From assembly GCA_963665865.2 (NCBI GenBank), contig CAXXWF010000001.1, positions 3,299,077 through 3,323,076 of the forward strand: a stretch of DNA of 24,000 nt, given 5' to 3'. Position 1 is the stretch's first letter, and each line of letters opens with the position of its first letter. Under the pieces are notes generated by a model. It searched no databases. It was given only the letters and a program-made list of their open reading frames with translations, and was not told the DNA's origin. Origin of the DNA: Syntrophomonadaceae bacterium (lineage in GTDB: Bacteria > Bacillota > Syntrophomonadia > Syntrophomonadales > Syntrophomonadaceae). Below are positions 14,839 through 22,862 of this stretch, piece by piece. The position numbers and the translations under genes are program-made.

Positions 14839-17771
14839 GTTATGGGAACTGACACAGCTGCAGCTGAGGCATCAAAAAACCGTGTTCCGGCAACGGCCCG
14901 GATACCGTATTCTGGAGGGGCTGCAAGTGTAATGGACGCAGTCCCTGCTGCCAGCAGATTATCGTTTCTAGGGTTCGCAGGATAAGAACTGGCGTAGGCT
15001 TTGACCTGCAAAGTGTAGGTGCCGGCTGTCAATGGAACCGCACAGCCGCTCATGTCAATACTTATGGTAGTTCCGCTGAGGACATTGGCCGTCAGAAATG
15101 TAGAGGGATAACTGCCGGTAATGACGGTGCCGTTGACTATTGTACCAATAGGCAGATTAACCGTAGATCCCGACTGCTGCAGATAAATTTCATAGAAATA
15201 GGACTTGCCATCAGTCTTGTAATCATAACCCATGGCGGTTGTTTTGGATAAAGCCGCAGTGCAGGAATCTGTTCCACTGGTAGTAGTAAGAGAATAAGCA
15301 TTCTTCCCGGCAACGGTCACCGTTGGCACCGTGCCGGTAGCAGTTCCTCCCGCAATCAGGAATTCGATATTGCTGGTCCCGGCCGCAATCCCGGCCGCTG
15401 TGCGCGAAAAGTCAAAAATGAATACATATTGTTTGGTTGAGCCTGCCGCTGCGGTCTGGCTGGGATAGTTTGTGGCAGTGGTCCCCATCTGTATGAATTG
15501 ATTCAGCATTATGCTGCCGGTCAGATCCGCAGTCAGATTCTTATAGTAATATACTCCGTCCACCAGCATGATAACTGTAGTATGGGCAGGTAGAGTTACT
15601 GCCGTGGTTCCCTGTTTGAGTCCGATAGTCTGGGTTTCAAGGGCACAGGTTGCGATGTAAGTTCCGGAATAAGAAACTGAAAATGCGCTGTCGGCAGTGA
15701 TAGCCGCCGAAGTGGCAGCTCCTTCCAAAGATGTGGGAGTATAATATTTACCTCCTGCTATTTTAGTACTTGCAAACTGCACGACCGGAGGCACAGATGT
15801 TCCAATCACGGGAGGATCACTTGAACCTCCACCGACTTGAATCCAAACGTTGTTTCCTTCAGGATTGGGGATATTCGTCCCAATGCCATTTAATAAATCC
15901 TTGATTACCGTCCAAGGTATTTCACCAACCGGCACAGCCCCATCATTGGTTAATTTGTCACCGGTTCCGGTTCCCTGCGCAGCATTGTCATAATAGTTGT
16001 TCCAGGCATTCGTTGGGGATAACGTTCCCTGATATTGACCGATAATGCCGCCTACATAATTATTATGTCCGGTTATCTCGCCGGTACTTAAATTGTTACT
16101 TATGGTTGACCCAGCTTGAGACCAATCGCCGCCGCCTGCTATGCCGCCTACAGCACTGCTCCCATGAATATCTCCAGAATTAGAGTTATTGCTTATGGTA
16201 TTATTGCTGCCGGCATATCCGACCACACCACCTATATTTTGTTGCCATCCGTCCATATTCACGCTGTTTACATTACCGGTGTTGCTGCATACTTTTACCG
16301 TACCGTCTGTATATCCAGCCACACCGCCCACGCAAGATTTCCCCGTTATATTTCCGGAAGAAGCGCAATTACTGATTTCGCTGTTGGTACCGGCGTATCC
16401 GGCCACACCACCTACATATTCTTGCCAATCTTTCACATTCTCGCTGTTTACATTCCCACTATTGGTGCAAACCGTTATCTCACCGTTCGTATATCCAGCC
16501 ACGCCGCCCACATACTGTTTTCCCGTTATAGTTCCGGAAGAAGATGAATTACTGACTTCGCTGCCCGAATAAGCATAGCCGACCACACCACCCACATAAT
16601 TCTCGCCGCCGGTTACCGTACACGTGACCTCACACCCTGTTACGGCCGCGCTAATCGTGGGCAGGACCGGTGTTTGGTTGTCGATCTTGTATATGCTTCC
16701 AACCACCCCGCCCACATAAAACTTTCCCGTTATAGTTCCGGCAACCGTGCAATTGGCCATTGTACTGTCAGCACCGGCATATCCAGCTATTCCGCCTACA
16801 TAATTCTCGGTTCCGGTTAAGGTTAAGCTTACGTCACACCCGGTTATGTTCCCTTCTGTGTATCCAGCCACACCGGCCACGTAAAATTTTCCAGTTACAA
16901 TTCCTGAAACCGTACAGTTCTCTATTTCACTGTTAGGGCCGGCATATCCCGCCATACCGCCTACATAGTTTTCAGTTACGGTTACTGTAGAACTTAGGTG
17001 ACACCCTTTTATCTTCCCGTTGGTATAGGCAGCCACACCGCCCACGTAAAATTTTCCAGTTACAATTCCTGAAACCGTGCAGTTTTCTATGTCACTGTTC
17101 GTACCGCCATATCCAGCCACACCTCCAGCATAATTCTCGACTGCGGTTACGGGTAAACTTACGCTGCAACCGGTTATGCTCCCGTCGGTGTAGCCGACTA
17201 TCCCTCCCGCATAATATCCTCCTCGCACACTGCCTGAAACACTTAAATTTTTAATCACACTTCCATTGGCAGCATATGCAAACAATCCACAGTAGGAATG
17301 ATAATTTGTTTCATTAATATACAGACCGATGATTTTTTTGCTGTTGCCATCGAAATTGCCCTGGAAGGTTTTGGTTGAGTCGCTGCCAATGCAGGTAAAC
17401 TTTCTTGGTGAAGAGGACACAAAGGTTCCGTTCGTGTTCATGTTATTAAGTAGAATGTCATCTGTAAGCTTAAAATACGTATTTTGATAGTTTAAGCCGC
17501 CGTTAACTCTTTGAGCCAAATAGGCAAGTTCCTTACCGTTGCTGATTAAATAGGGATCCGCCTGAGTTCCTGTTCCACCGGCATAGGCTGTTGACACGGA
17601 ACCATCCCATAGAGCGCTGGTGGCATCAACATACCCAGGCATTGAAAAAATAAATGGCAGCAACATTGCGCATAGCGATACGATAGCCATGCACCGCCTT
17701 AGTCTGAGGCGGCGGCGTTTTTGCCTAAGTATATTTCTGATTTTGGTTTCGAAGTTAGAAGGTTGGATCAT
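14739..17771 (-). CDS. Large secreted GLUG-motif repeat protein (putative adhesin/cargo), frameshifted near the 3' end
   Basis: 1010 aa as called. N-terminal signal/TM RRCMAIVSLCAMLLPFIFSMPGYVDA. The segment GTGTQADPYLISNGKELAYLAQRVNGGLNYQNTYFKLTDDILL is typical of N-termini of GLUG-containing proteins. At least 12 repeats of the type ENYVGGVAGYAG.NSEI.NC.VSG.ITGK.YVGGVAGYT.G follow. The C-terminal third is beta-rich. Its ATG overlaps the upstream stop (ATGA at 17768-17771). No LPXTG or SLH anchor is visible. Confidence 0.8.
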   Translation of the reverse strand: MIQPSNFETKIRNILRQKRRRLRLRRCMAIVSLCAMLLPFIFSMPGYVDATSALWDGSVSTAYAGGTGTQADPYLISNGKELAYLAQRVNGGLNYQNTYFKLTDDILLNNMNTNGTFVSSSPRKFTCIGSDSTKTFQGNFDGNSKKIIGLYINETNYHSYCGLFAYAANGSVIKNLSVSGSVRGGYYAGGIVGYTDGSITGCSVSLPVTAVENYAGGVAGYGGTNSDIENCTVSGIVTGKFYVGGVAAYTNGKIKGCHLSSTVTVTENYVGGMAGYAGPNSEIENCTVSGIVTGKFYVAGVAGYTEGNITGCDVSLTLTGTENYVGGIAGYAGADSTMANCTVAGTITGKFYVGGVVGSIYKIDNQTPVLPTISAAVTGCEVTCTVTGGENYVGGVVGYAYSGSEVSNSSSSGTITGKQYVGGVAGYTNGEITVCTNSGNVNSENVKDWQEYVGGVAGYAGTNSEISNCASSGNITGKSCVGGVAGYTDGTVKVCSNTGNVNSVNMDGWQQNIGGVVGYAGSNNTISNNSNSGDIHGSSAVGGIAGGGDWSQAGSTISNNLSTGEITGHNNYVGGIIGQYQGTLSPTNAWNNYYDNAAQGTGTGDKLTNDGAVPVGEIPWTVIKDLLNGIGTNIPNPEGNNVWIQVGGGSSDPPVIGTSVPPVVQFASTKIAGGKYYTPTSLEGAATSAAITADSAFSVSYSGTYIATCALETQTIGLKQGTTAVTLPAHTTVIMLVDGVYYYKNLTADLTGSIMLNQFIQMGTTATNYPSQTAAAGSTKQYVFIFDFSRTAAGIAAGTSNIEFLIAGGTATGTVPTVTVAGKNAYSLTTTSGTDSCTAALSKTTAMGYDYKTDGKSYFYEIYLQQSGSTVNLPIGTIVNGTVITGSYPSTFLTANVLSGTTISIDMSGCAVPLTAGTYTLQVKAYASSYPANPRNDNLLAAGTASITLAAPPEYGIRAVAGTRFFDASAAAVSVPITPFKFWVPGTCNPPSNKNMASPMQMFLARRTNR
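16094..17264. repeat. Intragenic tandem DNA repeats encoding the GLUG units (periods of about 165 and 180 bp)
   Basis: 16878-16934 and 17043-17099 differ at 3 of 57 nt (CACGTAAAATTTTCCAGTTACAATTCCTGAAACCGT.CAGTT.TCTAT.TCACTGTT), a 165-bp offset. 16261-16320 and 16441-16500 are clearly related at a 180-bp offset. Confidence 0.8.
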
Positions 17772-18574
17772 GTCACTGTAACTCCGGTATAGTTTGCCGC
17801 AGGGCTATCCTTGAAAAAGATCAGCTCGTAAACTGCCGCCTTATTAACAGTAGTCATTATGGTTCTGGTGGTAAGGTTGATGCTGTTGGCGTTTATCACT
17901 ATCGGGTTGGTCATGTCAGGGGATGCTCCAATCGGCCAGCTGATGGTAACCGCTCTGGTCAGTGCAGCGCTGCTGTCGTTCTCCAAGGTTACGGTCAGCC
18001 TGGCCAGGGGTGCACCTGCATTGGAATCGATTGCATAAGCAACCGCCGGCTTTATAACAAAATTCCCTTTCAGGGTTTTTGCGTAGGGTGAGGTGGAGAC
18101 CGCAGTCACCGTAACCGACAAAGGACTATTTTTGTCAGCAGGTGCTGGAATCGTAAGATTTATGGTGGCTTCATTGCCCGGCGAGCCGCCTGCTGCGATG
18201 GTTCCGCTGGCACTGCCGCCTGAGGCAGTTGCAGTTACAGAATAGGATATGCTGCTGTCCGATATGTTCAGCGTACTGTCATAATTCCTTAGTTTGAAGG
18301 TTATAGTCGAGGCAGACTGCAAGTCATTGCAGAGATAATACGTGGGTATAGCTGATAAATTCGACCCCAGCAAATCGCTGGTGAAATAAAATTCAGCATC
18401 TGCGGTGGCGGTGTAGTTGTTCATAACCTGATCGTAAATATAGCTGGCCAAAACTGCCCCCGGATAAGAAATAATTAAAATAAAGGCTAGGATGAATACA
18501 GACATCTGCCTTTTCGTTCGTTTTTGATGCAAATTATTATATATGGGTGTAAACTTATTTTTCATCGTTAACAC
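17768..18574 (-). CDS. Secreted/membrane-anchored beta-rich protein of the fibre operon (possible minor subunit)
   Basis: 268 aa. N-terminal TM VFILAFILIISYPGAVLASYIY, followed by ...ATADAEFYFTSDLL, which resembles the FxFTD/AYFSD part of SipW-cognate signals. The protein is Ser/Thr/Ala-rich. RBS GAGAAGGTG. It starts 9 nt after the upstream gene. Confidence 0.55.
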   Translation of the reverse strand: MLTMKNKFTPIYNNLHQKRTKRQMSVFILAFILIISYPGAVLASYIYDQVMNNYTATADAEFYFTSDLLGSNLSAIPTYYLCNDLQSASTITFKLRNYDSTLNISDSSISYSVTATASGGSASGTIAAGGSPGNEATINLTIPAPADKNSPLSVTVTAVSTSPYAKTLKGNFVIKPAVAYAIDSNAGAPLARLTVTLENDSSAALTRAVTISWPIGASPDMTNPIVINANSINLTTRTIMTTVNKAAVYELIFFKDSPAANYTGVTVT

Positions 18575-18583
18575 CTTCTCTGT

Positions 18584-19123
18584 TTATAATTGAACGGCGC
18601 GCAGCCGAAGCTGTAAGTAATCTATTTCATTTTTGTATGTATAACTGTTAATGTTTGCCGGCCAAGCCATGGTAAGTATAAAAGAGCTGGTGGTTGCTAT
18701 ATTCGCAGTAAATTCCTGAGCCGCACTAACATATTGATAACTAGCAGGATGAGTGAGAGCAACCGGGGTACCTGCTTTGGTCAGAGAGTACTGCAGAGGA
18801 AGGTTGCCAGTAGTGTCCAGCTCCAGGGTATAGCTTTGACTATATCCACTTGCATTTCCACTGCCATCCTGGTTATTTACCGAGATGGTAATGGTTTTAA
18901 TGTCCCCGGGTTTCATACCCTCAATATTAATCGTACTGGCCTGCTGGTTCATAATCCAGGTGGAAAACACAACGGCAGGTATGGCAGTATTTTCTGGTCC
19001 CGTATTTTGAATTACACTGCTGAAACGAGAAAATGAAATACCAGTAATTATAAGGGATACCAAGAAGAGGTAGATTAAATACATATGCCATTTGGCCGTC
19101 TTTTTTTCGACAGGAGCTTGCAT
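18584..19123 (-). CDS. Small TasA/camelysin-like paralogue (179 aa)
   Basis: TM YLIYLFLVSLIITGISFSRFSSV. Motifs occur in the same order as the other paralogues: MKPGDIKTITISVNN, LPLQYSL, and a terminal strand LQLRLRAVQL. RBS AGGAAAGGGG. Confidence 0.6.
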   Translation of the reverse strand: MQAPVEKKTAKWHMYLIYLFLVSLIITGISFSRFSSVIQNTGPENTAIPAVVFSTWIMNQQASTINIEGMKPGDIKTITISVNNQDGSGNASGYSQSYTLELDTTGNLPLQYSLTKAGTPVALTHPASYQYVSAAQEFTANIATTSSFILTMAWPANINSYTYKNEIDYLQLRLRAVQL

Positions 19124-19156
19124 TTTCTAACCCCTTTCCTGTGGCTGATGCTAATG

Positions 19157-20134
19157 TTAATTAGGTTGCATCTGCTCTCCGCTTATACGGAAAATTACCT
19201 GGACTAATGGTTTGGTATTTAAAGCATGGGCGGCAAAGGTATCATAATCATCATAGGCTCTTAAAAGAGAAGTATTACAGGCCTCCATAGCAGCATTCGC
19301 AGCCGCAGCCAGGCTGTTATAATAGCCAAAATCACCATCCGGCCATGTGCCATCCGGCTGCGGACTGCCATGCACGGTCAAATACGTATCGACTGCATTG
19401 AAAGCGGCTATACTCTGATCCTGCAAACCACCCGGAGCGTAATATACATTATAAGCTGCCTGGTAATAAGGAAGATACTTGCCACTGCCTATATTGGTAT
19501 CAGGATTCGGTGTTACCGTAGCAACGCCCGTGTCATTGATATAGAATGAGGTATTCCATTGCCATTGAATTGTGACGGTAACCTCATCAGTGCTGCCTGG
19601 TGAAAATGTCGGCTTTCCATCTGTTAAATCAAAAATGCTAAAATAGCCTTCCCCATCGCGGCTGGTATCCTGCAGCCTGAACCAATTGGTCTGAAATACA
19701 ATGGGTGGGCTGTCGGCTGCGCCCGAGTTCATGGCAGCACTCACTTTGAAAATAAAAGGTGCGTAAACATCTTTACCGCTATGAGTTGCAATAACTGCCG
19801 TATTCCCCGCCGAAGTAAGCTTAATTAATTCATTCGCATTCATTTCAATATTATAGGCAACGGCTACATCAGACCTGCCGCTCTTCAAGGAGAAGCTTTT
19901 CTCTCCCGAGTCCATTGGAGCAACAGTCTTGCCGTCAAACAAATTAAAGGTAAACCCTTTGTTATAATACTGCGTATCGGTTTCACCTTTGGCACTGAAA
20001 TTCCACTTAGCAATCAGGGCTGGGTCCGAGCCACTATATTCACTAGTATAACTTGCCGAAGTAGATGGGAAAATGGAAAAGCTAACCAGTGCCGCAACTA
20101 TCAGCAGTTGTAAACCTATTTTGAAAAGCTTCAC
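19157..20134 (-). CDS. TasA/camelysin-like paralogue (325 aa, with an extra insertion)
   Basis: GTG start and signal peptide MKLFKIGLQLLIVAALVSFSIFPSTSA. The post-signal segment SYTSEYSGSDPALIAKWNFSAKGE is closely related to the 217-aa protein (KYTSVYAGQDTALVAKWSLAIKEG). Other motifs: VAPMDSGEKSFSL, TVTIQWQWN, and the terminal VQVIFRISGEQ. Confidence 0.65.
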   Translation of the reverse strand: MKLFKIGLQLLIVAALVSFSIFPSTSASYTSEYSGSDPALIAKWNFSAKGETDTQYYNKGFTFNLFDGKTVAPMDSGEKSFSLKSGRSDVAVAYNIEMNANELIKLTSAGNTAVIATHSGKDVYAPFIFKVSAAMNSGAADSPPIVFQTNWFRLQDTSRDGEGYFSIFDLTDGKPTFSPGSTDEVTVTIQWQWNTSFYINDTGVATVTPNPDTNIGSGKYLPYYQAAYNVYYAPGGLQDQSIAAFNAVDTYLTVHGSPQPDGTWPDGDFGYYNSLAAAANAAMEACNTSLLRAYDDYDTFAAHALNTKPLVQVIFRISGEQMQPN

Positions 20135-20221
20135 TGGTCATCATCTCCCTTCTCCAACTATAAGTATTGCCGCCCCTGCCGTGATGCAAATTATTCAATC
20201 CCAAGCAGGATTCTCGCAATA

Positions 20222-20743
20222 TTAGTTTCTCTTGCGCTTTATTTCCTGATAAAGCTCTTCACCGTAAATGCAAAGGACTGCTATGATTAGCAACACTATC
20301 ATGCCAGTCGGGTTTTTAATAAATAAGATGGCCAACCCTATTTTCGGGATCCTAAAAAGCACTTTGCCTATAAATTGTTCAGCTGCCACTGTATCATCGG
20401 CAACATTGTTATTATCACCCTTAAGGATAAAACCGCCATTTTCTTCCCCAACAATGCGATGCGTGTAAGTCGTAGTGCCGACCATATAAGTAGCAATATC
20501 GCCCAGCTTATACTTTTGGGGAGCTTGCTCACGGATTACCACCACATCCCCGGGCATTATCGCTGGCTGCATAGAGCCGGACATAACAATGAGCGGTGCC
20601 ATACCCAAAAACTTGGGCACGGGGTTGTGGGTTACTGCCTTATTGATACCCAGGTAGAGATTACTTAATATCACCAGACCCAAAAATCCGACCAACCCAT
20701 ACTTCAAAAAGTTGATCAGTATTTTTTTCCACTTGTTTTGCAA
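20222..20743 (-). CDS. Signal peptidase I, SipW/ER-archaeal type (second copy, short form)
   Basis: 173 aa, TTG start with AAGGATGGG upstream. N-terminal TM, Ser box MSGSMQPAIMPGDVVVIRE, His box YTHRIVG, and LKGDNNNVADD. A C-terminal TM is followed by only a short tail (EELYQEIKRKRN). Confidence 0.85.
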   Translation of the reverse strand: MQNKWKKILINFLKYGLVGFLGLVILSNLYLGINKAVTHNPVPKFLGMAPLIVMSGSMQPAIMPGDVVVIREQAPQKYKLGDIATYMVGTTTYTHRIVGEENGGFILKGDNNNVADDTVAAEQFIGKVLFRIPKIGLAILFIKNPTGMIVLLIIAVLCIYGEELYQEIKRKRN

Positions 20744-20757
20744 GAAATCCCATCCTT

Positions 20758-21975
20758 CTATTTTCTCTGGGCCGAAACTATGATTGAAAGCGTACAGACT
20801 ACTTCATCAGCATGATTAGCGAAGCTATTATCGTTGATGCCGCCATCATCCCAGAACCATTCCAGGGTATATCCAGTCTTCATCGAATCGCTCATCACTA
20901 ACGGTACTGAGGAATCAGCAGTTACCGCCCGGATCTCTGCGGTTGTATGCCAGTTGCTGTCGCCATTTACATACGTATTGGTATTGTTATTCTGCAAACG
21001 ATATTTCATAGGGATGTTTAACGAGTTGTTGGTTTCTACCAGATCGATATCGTAATTAACCGCAAAGGGGTTGGCAGTATTATTCACCGTAAATTTATAC
21101 ACCCCGGTCATACCTGGAGCAATATGTTTGCCGCTCCCGAAAATGTTGATGTCGGTAGCTGGACTGGGAGCTTGATGGAAGTCATTACTATCACCCGTAC
21201 TATATACGGTAAGTGCCCAAGCTTGTGGCTGAGGGGGGATTCCACCACCGCCGCCACCGCCTCCCCCAAGAATATCAGGAGGAGGGTTGGGGATAACTGG
21301 CTGGGCTGGGGGCTCCGGAGTCAAAGGAATGCCAGGCTGCGGTTGCTCCCCCGGGTTATTACGTTCCAGCACATTAACCTGAGGACCTATAGTCAGGTGA
21401 CCATTAGGGAGTCCTGACCCGTCCTGTTCTATTTCCAGGACTACTTCCAGGGTTTTTACATCTACCCCTATCTCCAGTACGAAAGTATCCACCGATACTT
21501 GCACCAGAAGCGTATCGGCAATCTCCAGGTTGCGGTTTATGGTCACCTTGCACGAGGCTAACACTTGCCCGCTCTGGCTCAGCACGCTTATCGTGTGATC
21601 CCCATCCTCGACATTTTGAAATATAAAGTAGCCGTCACGGTCGGTATAGGTAGTCCTCGGCGCACTGCGCAGCTCCACCAGCCCAAAGGCGTATGGCGTA
21701 CCATCTTTGTAGACGACCCGGCCTTTAATAGTTATCTGCTTCTCAACCGGCACGATAACCTTATGAGGAGGGTAAATAAAGTTTCTAATTCTGTCCAGGA
21801 AGGGTACTCCTCGGTCTCCATCCCCAACTATGGGAAGGGTGGAAGATATGATAAAATCCGTCTGCCCGGTGCTGCTATCGCGGATTACACCGTAAACAGA
21901 CACGGCTATATATACAACAATCATGGTTATAATGGCAAGCAGTATCAGGTTCTTGCGGTTTTGCGCAATGTCCAC
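20758..21975 (-). CDS. Membrane-anchored chimeric protein: N-terminal TM, CarboxypepD_reg-like beta-sandwich, Pro/Gly linker and C-terminal TasA-like domain
   Basis: 405 aa, GTG start with GGAGGTG upstream. TM LILLAIITMIVVYIAVSVYGVI. ITIKGRVVYKDGTPYAFGLVELRSAPRTTYTDRDGYFIFQNVEDGDHTISV is carboxypeptidase-regulatory-like. The linker reads PGEQPQPGIPLTPEPPAQPVIPNPPPDILGGGGGGGGGIPPQPQ. The C-terminal domain has HIAPGMTGVYKFTVNN, IPMKYRL, YTLEWFWDDGG and LSIIVSAQ, in the same order as the 217-aa paralogue. Confidence 0.65.
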   Translation of the reverse strand: MDIAQNRKNLILLAIITMIVVYIAVSVYGVIRDSSTGQTDFIISSTLPIVGDGDRGVPFLDRIRNFIYPPHKVIVPVEKQITIKGRVVYKDGTPYAFGLVELRSAPRTTYTDRDGYFIFQNVEDGDHTISVLSQSGQVLASCKVTINRNLEIADTLLVQVSVDTFVLEIGVDVKTLEVVLEIEQDGSGLPNGHLTIGPQVNVLERNNPGEQPQPGIPLTPEPPAQPVIPNPPPDILGGGGGGGGGIPPQPQAWALTVYSTGDSNDFHQAPSPATDINIFGSGKHIAPGMTGVYKFTVNNTANPFAVNYDIDLVETNNSLNIPMKYRLQNNNTNTYVNGDSNWHTTAEIRAVTADSSVPLVMSDSMKTGYTLEWFWDDGGINDNSFANHADEVVCTLSIIVSAQRK

Positions 21976-21998
21976 GCTATCACCTCCGGTACGGCTTC

Positions 21999-22052
21999 CT
22001 TAAAGATAGCGCATTCGGTATGCGCTATCTTTAAGAGAGCCGCAGCTCTCTT
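21999..22052 (-). terminator. Two strong adjacent stem-loops immediately downstream of the 217-aa TasA-like gene (intra-operon attenuator or mRNA-stabilising element)
   Basis: 21999-22014 (CTTAAAGATAGCGCAT) is the perfect complement of 22020-22035: a 16-bp stem with a 5-nt loop. 22033-22040 (AAGAGAGC) pairs with 22045-22052 (GCTCTCTT): an 8-bp stem with a 4-nt loop. No clear U tract follows on the transcribed strand. Confidence 0.5.
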
Positions 22053-22068
22053 ATATGGTTAGATTAGC

Positions 22069-22722
22069 TTATATTGTTGCTGGTGCTACCTGTGTGGCTG
22101 TAACCTTAATCAGCAGATTATAGGTTGTGCGAGAACCTCCACCCGCGGAAGCAACGCCAAGTGCAGTATCGGTTGTATCGGTTGCGCCAGCTGTTGCAGT
22201 AGTTCCATCAAAAGCCCATCTCCAGTAAACGGTATGACTAGTGTTTCCGCCTGCTTCGGCAAGCTGAATACCCAGGCCGTTTAATGCAGTTTTCAATGCG
22301 GCATCACCATTCAATATAACGGCTGTCCCATCCGTAAAAGGCTTATCAATGCTGTACTCCATAGGGACATTAGCGCCTGTTTTAGTAATATCAAAGGTAA
22401 TATCCGCCGCAACGTCACTGTTGTTAGTTAGATTCAGAACAAAGTTGTCACTAATTCCAGGAGCAATGATTTTTGGAGTAGTTGTTAGGATATTTGTATT
22501 AAATGCGTGTGAAAATAAGTCAAGGTTCGCTACAGCCGGATCAATGGCAAAATCATGGGTACCCTCTTTAATAGCCAAGCTCCATTTGGCCACCAGGGCC
22601 GTATCCTGCCCAGCGTACACACTGGTGTACTTAGCGAAGGTTCCCGAAAGCATAACTGTTGAAATCAGACAGACTACTAAAAGCAGTCCCCCAAGTCTAA
22701 AAGTCTTTCCTGTAATATTCAT
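22069..22722 (-). CDS. TasA/BsaA/camelysin-like secreted protein (217 aa), candidate major fibre subunit
   Basis: The signal peptide ends in SGTFAKYTS, in register with the SipW-cognate signal pattern GTxAxF(S/T)D (TasA: GGGTWAAFND). Motifs: IIAPGISDNFVLNLTNN, VPMEYSI, HTVYWRWAFDG, and the terminal strand YNLLIKVTATQV (compare TasA ...FSFEATQ). It is the first structural gene after sipW and is followed by strong hairpins. RBS AAGGGGGA. Confidence 0.7.
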   Translation of the reverse strand: MNITGKTFRLGGLLLVVCLISTVMLSGTFAKYTSVYAGQDTALVAKWSLAIKEGTHDFAIDPAVANLDLFSHAFNTNILTTTPKIIAPGISDNFVLNLTNNSDVAADITFDITKTGANVPMEYSIDKPFTDGTAVILNGDAALKTALNGLGIQLAEAGGNTSHTVYWRWAFDGTTATAGATDTTDTALGVASAGGGSRTTYNLLIKVTATQVAPATI

Positions 22723-22797
22723 ATTTTATCCCCCTTTATTTAATTCTCCTTATTTTTGCTTCGGTCGACGTGCGTTAGCTGCCGACCACCTCCCTTA

Positions 22798-22817
22798 CCG
22801 TAATTTCCGTAATTTCC
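22798..22817. repeat. Tandem 9-bp direct repeat in the sipW to subunit-gene spacer
   Basis: CGTAATTTC occurs twice (22799-22807 and 22808-16). On the minus strand this reads GGAAATTACGGAAATTACGG. It lies within the 140-nt intergenic gap. Confidence 0.6.
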
Positions 22818-22862
22818 TTTCTTCTATCAAACCGTACTGCTAAATATCTATATATCAAGTTG

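Noticed and set aside
16116-16572. Two plus-strand ORFs (143 and 127 aa) inside the GLUG-repeat region
   Set aside because: They are antisense shadows of a repetitive, codon-biased gene. Their translations are low-complexity (PATPPT.., ISSHAAH..). They have no RBS and lie entirely within the 1010-aa CDS.
21243-21268. G/C-rich tract encoding Gly8 as a possible phase-variable homopolymer
   Set aside because: At the DNA level it is mixed codons (CCACCACCGCCGCCACCGCCTCCCCC), not a long mononucleotide run. Slipped-strand switching is therefore unlikely, and it reads as a flexible linker.
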